Position numbers and translations under genes: made by a program. A DNA stretch of 32,000 nt from Methanocaldococcus sp. FS406-22 (GTDB lineage Archaea > AGJL01 > Methanococci > Methanococcales > Methanocaldococcaceae): NCBI RefSeq assembly GCF_000025525.1, contig NC_013887.1:1626871-1658870 (forward strand), in the 5' to 3' direction. The notes under the pieces are model-generated. The model did not search any database and was not told the DNA's origin. It saw nothing but the letters and a program-made list of their open reading frames with translations. Shown here piece by piece: positions 1 to 8,367 of the stretch. Each line of letters starts with the position of its first letter. Position 1 is the first letter of the stretch.

Positions 1-94
1 TCATAGCCACAGGGAGTTTATTAACTAATATATGGACTGCCTGGGCAATAGGTATTAATTCCTTTGCTTCAGAATTTTCAGATATGGTTATCAT
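1..94 (-). CDS. 5' end of an unidentified protein gene running off the left edge (MITISENSEAKELIPIAQAVHILVNKLPVAM...)
   Basis: ATG at 94..92 on the minus strand. AGGTGA SD-like motif (complement of 99..104) lies 4 nt upstream. The frame stays open to position 1. Confidence 0.4.
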   Translation of the reverse strand, partial: MITISENSEAKELIPIAQAVHILVNKLPVAM

Positions 95-153
95 AATTTC
101 ACCTAAAAATCTTTAAGTAGTAGTTCAATAATTTTAACTTTAAAAGATTATTC

Positions 154-161
154 TATATAAA
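154..161 (-). promoter_or_regulatory. TATA-box candidate (TTTATATA on minus strand) for the leftward partial gene
   Basis: Exact match to the archaeal TATA consensus, about 60 nt upstream of the ATG at 94. Confidence 0.35.
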
Positions 162-232
162 CCGTTATGCTAATCTACTATAAAAGATTACTACTTATCA
201 TTAACTTTAATTTTACTTAATGCTTTGCTTAT

Positions 233-327
233 TATAGGACTTTCACAGTTTATATGCTAATTTGGAGCTTTGACGCTCAAAGAATGTTGAATATTAATAG
301 AACGTCCATTTCTACAAAAGCCTTATA
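233..327. mobile_element. MITE-like palindromic element, family A, degenerate copy
   Basis: Left end TATAGGACTTTCACAGTTTATAT nearly matches the 8272 copy. Right end is CTACAAAAGCCTTATA, a decayed inverted repeat. Central hairpin CTTTGA-cgc-TCAAAG. Flanked by TTAT on both sides. Confidence 0.55.
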
Positions 328-349
328 TTATTAACAATTAGGTGGTAAA

Positions 350-1252
350 ATGGAAAAGATTACATGTATAGGACATACTGCCCTTGATTATATTTTTAAT
401 GTAGAAAAATTTCCAGAACCGAATACTTCAATTCAAATCCCTTCAGCGAGAAAGTATTATGGTGGAGCAGCGGCAAATACAGCAGTAGGAATAAAAAAAC
501 TCGGTGTTGATTCAGAGCTTTTATCATGTGTTGGATATGATTTTAAAAACAGTGGGTATGAGAGGTATTTAAAAAATTTAGGTATAAATATTTCTAAAAT
601 TTACTATTCTGAAGAAGAAGAAACACCAAAAGCGTGGATATTTACGGATAAAGACAACAACCAAATTACTTTTTTCTTATGGGGGGCGGCTAAGCACTAT
701 AAAGAGCTAAATCCTCCAAATTTCAATACAGAGATTGTCCATATAGCTACTGGAGACCCAGAGTTTAACTTAAAATGTGCAAAAAAAGCTTATGGAAACA
801 ATTTGGTATCTTTCGACCCTGGACAGGACTTGCCTCAATACTCAAAAGACATGTTGTTGGAGATAATTGAGCACACAAACTTCTTATTTATGAATAAGCA
901 CGAATTCGAAAGGGCTTCTAAGGTACTGAATTTTGAGATTGATGACTATCTGGATAGAGTTGATGCCCTTATAGTAACAAAAGGTTCTAAGGGTAGCACA
1001 ATATACACTAAAGATAAAAAAATAGAGATTCCATGTATTAAGGCAGAGAAAGTTGTAGATCCAACAGGTGCTGGAGATAGTTACAGAGCTGGATTTTTAT
1101 CTGCCTATATTAAGGGTTATGATTTAGAGAAATGTGGTTTAATTGGAGCTTCAACAGCGTCTTATGTAGTTGAGGCAAAGGGATGCCAGACAAATTTACC
1201 AACATGGGATATGGTTATTGAGAGATTGGAGAAACACGGGTATAAATTATAA
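350..1252 (+). CDS. PfkB/ribokinase-family nucleoside (carbohydrate) kinase
   Basis: 300-aa ORF with SD AGGTGG upstream. It has the GGAAANTA motif and the DPTGAGD PfkB signature. It resembles the M. jannaschii nucleoside kinase (from memory). Confidence 0.85.
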   Translation: MEKITCIGHTALDYIFNVEKFPEPNTSIQIPSARKYYGGAAANTAVGIKKLGVDSELLSCVGYDFKNSGYERYLKNLGINISKIYYSEEEETPKAWIFTDKDNNQITFFLWGAAKHYKELNPPNFNTEIVHIATGDPEFNLKCAKKAYGNNLVSFDPGQDLPQYSKDMLLEIIEHTNFLFMNKHEFERASKVLNFEIDDYLDRVDALIVTKGSKGSTIYTKDKKIEIPCIKAEKVVDPTGAGDSYRAGFLSAYIKGYDLEKCGLIGASTASYVVEAKGCQTNLPTWDMVIERLEKHGYKL

Positions 1253-1315
1253 GTGTTTTTCAAAATATTTTAGAATATACTATTAAATTAAATTTTAATA
1301 AATCTTGAAAACACT
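1252..1315. repeat. Family B palindromic element, short (internally deleted) copy
   Basis: AGTGTTTTTCAAAA at 1252..1265 pairs with TTGAAAACACT at 1305..1315. These are the same termini as the 9565 and 10250 copies. The copy fills the kinase-stop to nadA-SD spacer. Confidence 0.5.
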
Positions 1316-1333
1316 AAAATTGAGGGATATACC

Positions 1334-2254
1334 ATGGATATAATAGAAAGAATAAACAAATTAAAAGAAGAGAAAAACGCAATAATATTGGCTCACAACT
1401 ACCAACCAAAGGAAATTCAAAAGATAGCTGATTTTTTGGGAGATTCTTTGGAATTGTGCATTAAAGCTAAAGAAACAGATGCAGATATAATAGTATTTTG
1501 TGGAGTAGATTTTATGGGTGAATCAGCAAAAATTTTAAACCCAGATAAAAAGGTTTTGATGCCAGAGATTGAAGGGACTCAATGCCCAATGGCTCATCAA
1601 CTACCTCCAGAGATTATAAAAAAATATAAGGAGCTATATCCAGAGGCTCCATTGGTTGTTTATGTAAATACAACGGCAGAGACAAAAGCTTTAGCTGATA
1701 TAACTTGCACATCTGCAAATGCAGATAAAGTTGTTAATTCTTTAGATGCAGATACTGTTTTATTTGGTCCAGATAATAATTTAGCTTATTATGTGCAGAA
1801 AAGAACTGATAAAGAGGTTATAGCTATTCCTGAAGGAGGGGGCTGTTATGTGCATAAAAAATTCACCATAGATGATTTAAAAAGAGTTAAAAGTAAATAT
1901 CCTAAAGCAAAAGTTTTGATTCATCCAGAATGCTATCCAGAACTGCAAGATAATGCCGATTACATTGCAAGCACAAGTGGTATATTGAGGATAGTGTTGG
2001 AGTCAGATGATGATGAGTTTATAATCGGCACTGAAGTTGGAATGATAAATAGATTGGAGATAGAACTTGAAAAATTGGGCAAAGAAAAAAAGCTTATTCC
2101 ATTGAGAGAGGATGCCATTTGTAATGAAATGAAAAGAATAACCTTAGAAAAGATAGAAAAATGTTTATTAGAAGAGACGTATGAAATTAAATTAAGTAGT
2201 GAAGTTATTGAAAAAGCTCGAAAAGCCATTGAAAGAATGTTAAAAATTAAGTAA
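1334..2254 (+). CDS. nadA: Quinolinate synthase
   Basis: 306 aa. The N-terminal ILAHNYQ motif and overall NadA-like sequence are recognisable. SD GAGGGA upstream. Confidence 0.92.
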   Translation: MDIIERINKLKEEKNAIILAHNYQPKEIQKIADFLGDSLELCIKAKETDADIIVFCGVDFMGESAKILNPDKKVLMPEIEGTQCPMAHQLPPEIIKKYKELYPEAPLVVYVNTTAETKALADITCTSANADKVVNSLDADTVLFGPDNNLAYYVQKRTDKEVIAIPEGGGCYVHKKFTIDDLKRVKSKYPKAKVLIHPECYPELQDNADYIASTSGILRIVLESDDDEFIIGTEVGMINRLEIELEKLGKEKKLIPLREDAICNEMKRITLEKIEKCLLEETYEIKLSSEVIEKARKAIERMLKIK

Positions 2255-2263
2255 GGGAGATAT

Positions 2264-2629
2264 ATGAGGGTAGAAGAAACAGAAGTTTTTAAAAAGTATT
2301 TTAAAAATTTAACTGATAGAGAAAGGGCAGTATTTGAGGGAGGGATTACATTAGGAGCTCTATTTCATCAATTTGTTGGTACTCCAGTAAGCAAATACAA
2401 CAAAGAATCCTTAGAAAGGGCTATAGAAGAGGCTATGAAAAATCAGCCATGTGTTTATGATATAAAGGTAAAAATTAAAGATGTTGGAGAAAAATATGTT
2501 TCTTTAGATGGAAAGATGTTAGATGTCGATTTAAAAATTAAGATAAATAAAACAGTTGCCCATTTAAAACTTGAATACATCCCAGAGATTGACTATCCTC
2601 TCATGTACGTCAAAAAGTTTGAGGAATAA
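2264..2629 (+). CDS. mptD: Small protein resembling archaeal-type dihydroneopterin aldolase (MptD family)
   Basis: 121 aa with SD AGGGAG. The sequence and its position after nadA match my memory of MJ0408. Not verifiable here. Confidence 0.5.
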   Translation: MRVEETEVFKKYFKNLTDRERAVFEGGITLGALFHQFVGTPVSKYNKESLERAIEEAMKNQPCVYDIKVKIKDVGEKYVSLDGKMLDVDLKIKINKTVAHLKLEYIPEIDYPLMYVKKFEE

Positions 2630-2686
2630 ATATTTATTTTAAAACTTAATGATTATTTTAATATAGAGGGTATTGAGGTGGAGTGG

Positions 2687-4795
2687 ATGAAAAAGTTTAT
2701 TTTTGTAGTTTTACTACTTGCAGTAATTAGCTGTTCTTACTCATCAAATTTGAATTACAAATATGCAAGCTCAATTCCTATAGTATTCGTTCAATTATCT
2801 AAAATTAAAAGTATAGATGAACTTAAAGAACTCTTAGATGAAAATAATACTTTAACCATATTTTGTATGGACAGTCAGTCAATTAATAAGGACATATTAT
2901 GCTACTTAGGGATAAAAAAATACACTCCATTGAAACTTCCAGATTATGGGAATTACACATATATTAATAAAAATGGGGTTATTGTAGTTTATCCAAAATA
3001 CAGTGTTTATGAGGAAAATGGAGCTTTAATATATAATCCACCAAAGGAAGAGAATTATAGCAAATATGAATTTGTAAAGCCATATAAAATAAAAGTTCTA
3101 AATAATTCAAAAATCCCAAATTATGATGGATATGTATTAATAGAAAATTCAACCTTTATCCTCTACCCAAAAAAATACATAATTAGAGGAGATAATGGAG
3201 AAGTTTATTATATTCCTCCAAAAGAAAGTTCTGATAGATATTATTATAAGTACTCCTATGACCTTCCAGAAAAATACATTCCCGATTATTACGGTTATGT
3301 ATTTGTTGATAACAGCAGTGTTTTCATAATATATCCAAAAAAATATATTACAAGAAATGATGATGGAGTTTTAATATTCAATCCCCCAGCAGATGTTAAA
3401 GAAGTTCCAATTTATAAAATTAATTATAAGAAAGTAGCTGATGGAGTCTATGAAATTAAGAAAAATAAACTTCTTTTTCTGTATCCTACAACTCTAAACA
3501 ACAAATCAACTCTTGATATTATTGGTGAATATATCGCAAAAAATGGAGGAATTTTTGCATATATAAACAAAGTTCCACCTTATTATAAGCATATCCTTGT
3601 TTCAGGAGTCGCAATAGATAAAGTAATTCCAGATGAAAATGGAGATTATGCTATAGATGTTGCAGGAAGGAAGATTAAAGTAGATATGCTGGATAATAGT
3701 ATAATAGAAAAAAAGTTGGGAGCCATAAAGGCATTGAGAGCATTTGGGATAAATGTAAGTTACATAGTGACAGGTAGCGAAGGCATAGATATTGTCGAAA
3801 AATCTAATGTTAATATGAATGAACTTGAAGATTTATATAACTACTACTGGTTTAAAAAATGGTGGCAGCAAAATTATACTCATCTATATTTCAATCCAGA
3901 AAAAATGCAAGATATTAATTGGGAAGATATACTCGCTTTAAGTTATTATCCTTTAATCTATGTGGATAAAGCACCAGAAACATTTAGAAATGACCCCATT
4001 GGTGGATACTACCCTAAGGTTATAAGTTATGAGGGAACAAAAGAGTATGGTTACTGGGAAGAAGGACCTAAAAGTGAAAATATTTATTATCACTTAGATG
4101 ATGGTGAACCATACTGGGAGGGAAAAGCTAAAGAATCATCAAAATGGTATTATGAAGGAGAACCGGTTTCACCGGAAAATGAGAGCGAAATGTGGGATAA
4201 ATACAAGTATTTCAACCACTGGTTTGTTAAAAATTATGCCTATGCATTAGCAAATGGTTGTCATGGGTTGTTCTTAGAAAGTTCAGATAAATACTTAATA
4301 GATGCAATTTTTGGAAAAGATAATGATGAGTTGGATTGGAAATTAGATTTAAAAGATAAGGTTGATTATGTGGTAATTCCTGGAAATAAAGGATTTGAAA
4401 CATATGATGGAATCCCAATAGTCAGAATCCCTTCACCATTAAAAGAGATTTATGGGATAAATGTTGTTAGCACATTATACATTCCGCCAAAAGATGAAGA
4501 CTTTGGAGTTTATATTGCAGATATTAGGAACTTTAGTGAAGATTTACTTATCAAACTAAAGGAAAATGGAACAGCAATAATATCATTCAAGGATTTGGCT
4601 AACTGGCTTGATAAGTATAATAAGAACAATATTCTATATAATGGAACTGCTATAATTATAAAAGATAATAATGGGATAAAAATCACCATATTTAAAAAGA
4701 ATCTTAACGTAAGTAATTATACAGTTGAAGAATTCGACAAAGAACATTGTAAATATGTAATAGCAAATCCACCGAAAATAATTCCTTTGAACTAA
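2687..4795 (+). CDS. Large secreted or lipid-anchored Tyr/Asn/Lys/Trp-rich protein with N-terminal tandem repeats, function unknown
   Basis: ATG at 2687 follows SD GAGGTGGAG; the ORF-track start at 2678 is GTG. Signal peptide [16 protein letters not shown]. Three repeats of about 55-59 aa ([10 protein letters not shown].., [10 protein letters not shown].., [10 protein letters not shown]..). Confidence 0.7.
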   Translation: MKKFIFVVLLLAVISCSYSSNLNYKYASSIPIVFVQLSKIKSIDELKELLDENNTLTIFCMDSQSINKDILCYLGIKKYTPLKLPDYGNYTYINKNGVIVVYPKYSVYEENGALIYNPPKEENYSKYEFVKPYKIKVLNNSKIPNYDGYVLIENSTFILYPKKYIIRGDNGEVYYIPPKESSDRYYYKYSYDLPEKYIPDYYGYVFVDNSSVFIIYPKKYITRNDDGVLIFNPPADVKEVPIYKINYKKVADGVYEIKKNKLLFLYPTTLNNKSTLDIIGEYIAKNGGIFAYINKVPPYYKHILVSGVAIDKVIPDENGDYAIDVAGRKIKVDMLDNSIIEKKLGAIKALRAFGINVSYIVTGSEGIDIVEKSNVNMNELEDLYNYYWFKKWWQQNYTHLYFNPEKMQDINWEDILALSYYPLIYVDKAPETFRNDPIGGYYPKVISYEGTKEYGYWEEGPKSENIYYHLDDGEPYWEGKAKESSKWYYEGEPVSPENESEMWDKYKYFNHWFVKNYAYALANGCHGLFLESSDKYLIDAIFGKDNDELDWKLDLKDKVDYVVIPGNKGFETYDGIPIVRIPSPLKEIYGINVVSTLYIPPKDEDFGVYIADIRNFSEDLLIKLKENGTAIISFKDLANWLDKYNKNNILYNGTAIIIKDNNGIKITIFKKNLNVSNYTVEEFDKEHCKYVIANPPKIIPLN

Positions 4796-4814
4796 AATAA
4801 TTTTTGGTGATATA

Positions 4815-5606
4815 ATGAGGATAGGTTTTTACAATATTCAAGGGGGAACTGGAAAAACTACTATTGCTGCAAATTTTGCATACCTACTCAGTCAATCAGT
4901 AAAAACAATATTGGTTGATTGTGATATATATGGAGGGACAACTGCCGTTTTATTTGGTCTTGAAGATAAGAAGCATAACCTAAATACTTATCTTGCAGGA
5001 GATTCTGCAATTGAAGATATAATATACCATTATGACGATTTGGCTATTATCCATACTGATGTTTCTTCTAAGGTTTTTGGATATAAATCTGACTTAAATA
5101 GATTCGAAACTTTAATCAAAGAATTGGATGAAGAGTATGATGTTATAGTCTATGATTTTCCACCCAACATTACTGAAGATAACCCACTGATAGGTTATGT
5201 TGGTGAATTTGAACTCGTTAATAAGGTAGTTGTAGTCGGAGAGGATAGTATCCCATCAATTGTAAATTCTCTAAAAACTATAGAACTTATAACGGACTTA
5301 AGTATAGGACTTACAGGGATAATTGTAAATAAATATAGGGGACTTACTGATATTAGTGAGATAATAGATGACGTTGTCGGGGTTCTACCCTACGACCAAA
5401 ATGTAGAAAGGCAGTGGGTAGAGAGCACACCAATAGCAAAAATTAAAACAAAATTTACAAAGGAACTTACCAAATTAACTAATGAAGTAGCAAGTATATA
5501 TTTAGAGAAGGATTTAGCATCATTAAGAGCTTTAAAATTAGCAAAAGCTATTTCAGAATTAACTGAAGAAGAAAAAGTTGAAAGAGACTTTGAGGACTAT
5601 TTATAA
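4815..5606 (+). CDS. ParA/MinD-superfamily (SIMIBI) P-loop ATPase with atypical Walker A (QGGTGKTT)
   Basis: 263 aa with SD GGTGAT. The N-terminus MRIGFYNIQGGTGKTTIAANFA and the hydrophobic strand plus Asp (VIVYDFPP) fit the family. It starts 19 nt after the preceding gene. Confidence 0.75.
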   Translation: MRIGFYNIQGGTGKTTIAANFAYLLSQSVKTILVDCDIYGGTTAVLFGLEDKKHNLNTYLAGDSAIEDIIYHYDDLAIIHTDVSSKVFGYKSDLNRFETLIKELDEEYDVIVYDFPPNITEDNPLIGYVGEFELVNKVVVVGEDSIPSIVNSLKTIELITDLSIGLTGIIVNKYRGLTDISEIIDDVVGVLPYDQNVERQWVESTPIAKIKTKFTKELTKLTNEVASIYLEKDLASLRALKLAKAISELTEEEKVERDFEDYL

Positions 5607-5675
5607 TAATTATAATAAAATAATAAAAATAAATATTAATAAATATTCAAATTCAAAAAAATATAAGGGATAGTG

Positions 5676-6494
5676 ATGCTAACAAAAAGAATTATTCCAT
5701 GCTTAGATATTAAAGATGGAAGGGTTGTTAAAGGAACTAAGTTTTTGAATTTGAGAGATGCTGGAGACCCCGTTGAGTTAGCCCAGTACTATGATAATGA
5801 AGGAGCTGATGAACTTGTATTTTTGGATATAACTGCTTCAGCTGAAAAGAGAGATATAATTATTGATGTTGTAGAAAGAACAGCTGAAAAGGTATTTATT
5901 CCATTAACTGTTGGTGGTGGAATTAAATCAATTGAAGATTTTAGAAGAATATTAAGGGCTGGGGCTGATAAGGTTTCAATAAATACTGCAGCAGTAAAAA
6001 ATCCAGATTTAATTAAAGAAGCAAGTGAAATATTTGGTTCCCAGTGTGTTGTTGTTGCTATTGATGCTAAGAGACATTATGTTAATGAGGATGAAATAGA
6101 TAAGATAAATAAAAATGTTGTTAAGGTAGAGGATGGTTATTGCTGGTTTGAGGTTTATATATACGGAGGGAGAAAAGAGACAGGTATAGATGCTATAGAA
6201 TGGGCTAAAAAAGTTGAAGAATTGGGTGCTGGAGAGATTTTATTAACAAGTATAGATAAAGATGGAACAAAAAGTGGCTATGATTTGATATTAACAAAAG
6301 AGATTTCTAAAATTACAAAGCTCCCAGTTATCGCAAGTGGAGGTTGTGGAAAACCAGAGCATGTTTATGAAGCTTTTGTTTATGGAAAAGCAGATGCTGC
6401 ATTAATGGCTGGAATACTGCATTATAGAGAATATACTATAGAGGAAATAAAGAGATATTGTGCTGATAGGGGAATACCTATGAGATTGTTATAA
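5676..6494 (+). CDS. hisF: Imidazole glycerol phosphate synthase cyclase subunit
   Basis: [17 protein letters not shown]-terminus and a HisF-like (beta/alpha)8 sequence throughout. ATG at 5676 follows AAGGGATAG. Confidence 0.93.
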   Translation: MLTKRIIPCLDIKDGRVVKGTKFLNLRDAGDPVELAQYYDNEGADELVFLDITASAEKRDIIIDVVERTAEKVFIPLTVGGGIKSIEDFRRILRAGADKVSINTAAVKNPDLIKEASEIFGSQCVVVAIDAKRHYVNEDEIDKINKNVVKVEDGYCWFEVYIYGGRKETGIDAIEWAKKVEELGAGEILLTSIDKDGTKSGYDLILTKEISKITKLPVIASGGCGKPEHVYEAFVYGKADAALMAGILHYREYTIEEIKRYCADRGIPMRLL

Positions 6495-6521
6495 CCTTTT
6501 ATTTCGTCTTTATTTTTTATT
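6495..6521. terminator. T-rich spacer between convergent hisF and the ABC ATPase gene (oligo-T termination candidate)
   Basis: The sequence ccttttatttcgtctttattttttatt contains several T runs on the plus strand. Archaeal termination commonly uses oligo-T. Confidence 0.3.
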
Positions 6522-7313
6522 TTAAAATTTTAAAGATTTTAAAACCTCATCCTTCAATATATTTAATATTTTCTTCCTATATTCAAGAAATTCTATACTT
6601 GTTCTATCTCTTGGTCTCTCCAAATCAATTTCAACAATCTCTTTTATCCTCCCAGGTCTTGCAGTTAAAACTACTACCCTATCTGAGAGATAAACAGCCT
6701 CATCGACGCTATGAGTAACAAAAAATATAGTCTTCTTTTCTTTTTCCCATATTTTTAATAATTCGTTCTGCAAGATATTCCTTGTTTGTGCATCCAATGC
6801 AGCGAAAGGCTCATCCATTAAAACAATCTCTGGGTTATTTGCCAAAGTTCTTGCTATTGCAACTCTCTGTTGCATTCCTCCACTTAGCTGATAAGGATAG
6901 GCATCTTCAAATCCTTCCAATCCAACCATTTTAATGAATTTTTTGGCTATTTCTATCCTCTCGTTTTTAGGAATTCCTTTCAACTCTAAACCAAATGTAA
7001 CATTTTTTAGAACAGTTCTCCATGGCATCAATGTATATTGCTGAAATACAACCCCTCTATCTGCCCCCGGTTCTCTAACTTCTCTTCCATCCAACAAAAC
7101 TCTCCCTTCAGTTGGATAATCTAAACCAGCTATAATTCTTAACAACGTTGTTTTTCCACAACCACTTGGCCCCATAACTGTTAAAAACTCATTCTCATAA
7201 ACTTCCAAATTAATGTTGTCCAATGCCTTAACTCTATTCCCATTAAATTCAAAAATTTTTGTTAGATTTTCAACTTTCAGCTTTACTTTCATCCTATCAC
7301 TCAATGAATGCAT
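6522..7313 (-). CDS. ABC transporter ATP-binding protein (nitrate/sulfonate/taurine NitT/TauT-like family)
   Basis: Walker [10 protein letters not shown], signature LSGGMQQR, Walker B VLMDEPF. Alternative start at 7292 (MKVKL). Confidence 0.9.
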   Translation of the reverse strand: MHSLSDRMKVKLKVENLTKIFEFNGNRVKALDNINLEVYENEFLTVMGPSGCGKTTLLRIIAGLDYPTEGRVLLDGREVREPGADRGVVFQQYTLMPWRTVLKNVTFGLELKGIPKNERIEIAKKFIKMVGLEGFEDAYPYQLSGGMQQRVAIARTLANNPEIVLMDEPFAALDAQTRNILQNELLKIWEKEKKTIFFVTHSVDEAVYLSDRVVVLTARPGRIKEIVEIDLERPRDRTSIEFLEYRKKILNILKDEVLKSLKF

Positions 7314-7322
7314 TATTTCATC

Positions 7323-7403
7323 TATTTCCTCCCCATAGGGGCTATGCCCCTATTGGTACACCCCTAACACCTCCTCGCTTACGCTCGGAGGTGTAAATTA
7401 AAA
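7323..7403. mobile_element. Family C GC-rich double-hairpin insertion between the two ABC genes
   Basis: Hairpins ATAGGGGC-tat-GCCCCTAT (7335..7353) and ACACCTCC-12nt-GGAGGTGT (7367..7394). Flanked by the exact 11-bp direct repeat ATTATTTCATC (7312..7322 and 7404..7414). Confidence 0.6.
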
Positions 7404-7404
7404 A

Positions 7405-8214
7405 TTATTTCATCATCTTTCTCCATACAAAGTATTTGTCCTCAATATATCTTAGTCCTCTATCCAATACAAGCCCGATTAATCCAATAATTATCATGCA
7501 AGCGATAACAACATCCATTCTGCTCAGTGAGTAAGCATACATAATTAGATACCCTAAACCAGCGTTACTTGATGGAAGCATTTCAGCAGCAACAACACAC
7601 ATCCATGCAATTCCTGCCCCAACTCTCAGCCCAGTTAAGATACTTGGAGATGATGCTGGAATAACAACTTTTATTAGAATATCCCTTCCTTTAGCCCCTA
7701 ATGTTAAAGCCGCTTCAATCAAAGGAGTTGGGACACTTTTAACCCCGGATATTGTGTTTATCAATATTGGGAAAAATGCTCCAATAAATATAATGAATAT
7801 CATTGACATCTCTCCTAATCCAAACCATGCTAACGATAGAGGAACCCAAGCTAATGGTGGAATTGGTCTTAGCAGTTCTATTAATGTGTCACATAAGCTG
7901 TTTATTGTTCTATAGTAACCCATCAATATTCCTAAGGGTATTGCTACAGCTGAAGCTAATAAAAAACCACCTAAAACCCTTTTTATACTAACTATTGTAT
8001 TGTCTATTAAGCTTCCAGTTCCTAAAATTCCTTCGAATGGATGTGTTAAGACATTAACAACGGCTTCAACCCTTGGTAAGATGACGGGATTATTTATATA
8101 TATCGCCAAAATCTCCCATGCAACAACAACTGCTATTGGAAGAACTGCTTTTAATATTAAATCTTTCGAACTTATCTTCACAGTATCCCCTTTTATGATT
8201 TCATCTCTTAACAC
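7405..8214 (-). CDS. ABC transporter permease (NitT/TauT-like, binding-protein-dependent family)
   Basis: 269-aa polytopic protein with the EAA-loop-like EAALTLGAKGRDILIKVVIP. GTG start at 8214. Confidence 0.85.
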   Translation of the reverse strand: MLRDEIIKGDTVKISSKDLILKAVLPIAVVVAWEILAIYINNPVILPRVEAVVNVLTHPFEGILGTGSLIDNTIVSIKRVLGGFLLASAVAIPLGILMGYYRTINSLCDTLIELLRPIPPLAWVPLSLAWFGLGEMSMIFIIFIGAFFPILINTISGVKSVPTPLIEAALTLGAKGRDILIKVVIPASSPSILTGLRVGAGIAWMCVVAAEMLPSSNAGLGYLIMYAYSLSRMDVVIACMIIIGLIGLVLDRGLRYIEDKYFVWRKMMK

Positions 8215-8271
8215 ATAATTAAGATATTAACAAAACTTTAAAAACATTATGAAGTATTTAAATTTTGTTAT

Positions 8272-8367
8272 TATAGGACTTTCGCAGTTTATATATTGAT
8301 TAATGCACTTAGATGCCTTTAGGCATCAATCTTCCTTATAAAAAATTTTTCCTGCGAAAGTCCTATA
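8272..8367. mobile_element. MITE-like palindromic element, family A, intact copy
   Basis: Perfect 16-bp terminal inverted repeats TATAGGACTTTCGCAG (8272..8287) and CTGCGAAAGTCCTATA (8352..8367). Central hairpin GATGCC-ttta-GGCATC. TTAT on both flanks. It abuts the RNA ligase stop codon. Confidence 0.7.

Noticed and set aside
1960-2229. 89-aa minus-strand ORF
   Set aside because: Lies entirely inside nadA on the opposite strand. The S/I/F/L-rich translation is typical of an antisense shadow frame in AT-rich coding DNA, and there is no SD.
4227-4418. 63-aa minus-strand ORF
   Set aside because: Antisense shadow ORF inside the 700-aa exported-protein gene.
7803-7991. 62-aa plus-strand ORF
   Set aside because: Antisense shadow ORF inside the ABC permease gene.
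8000-8218. 72-aa plus-strand ORF
   Set aside because: Antisense shadow ORF inside the ABC permease gene.
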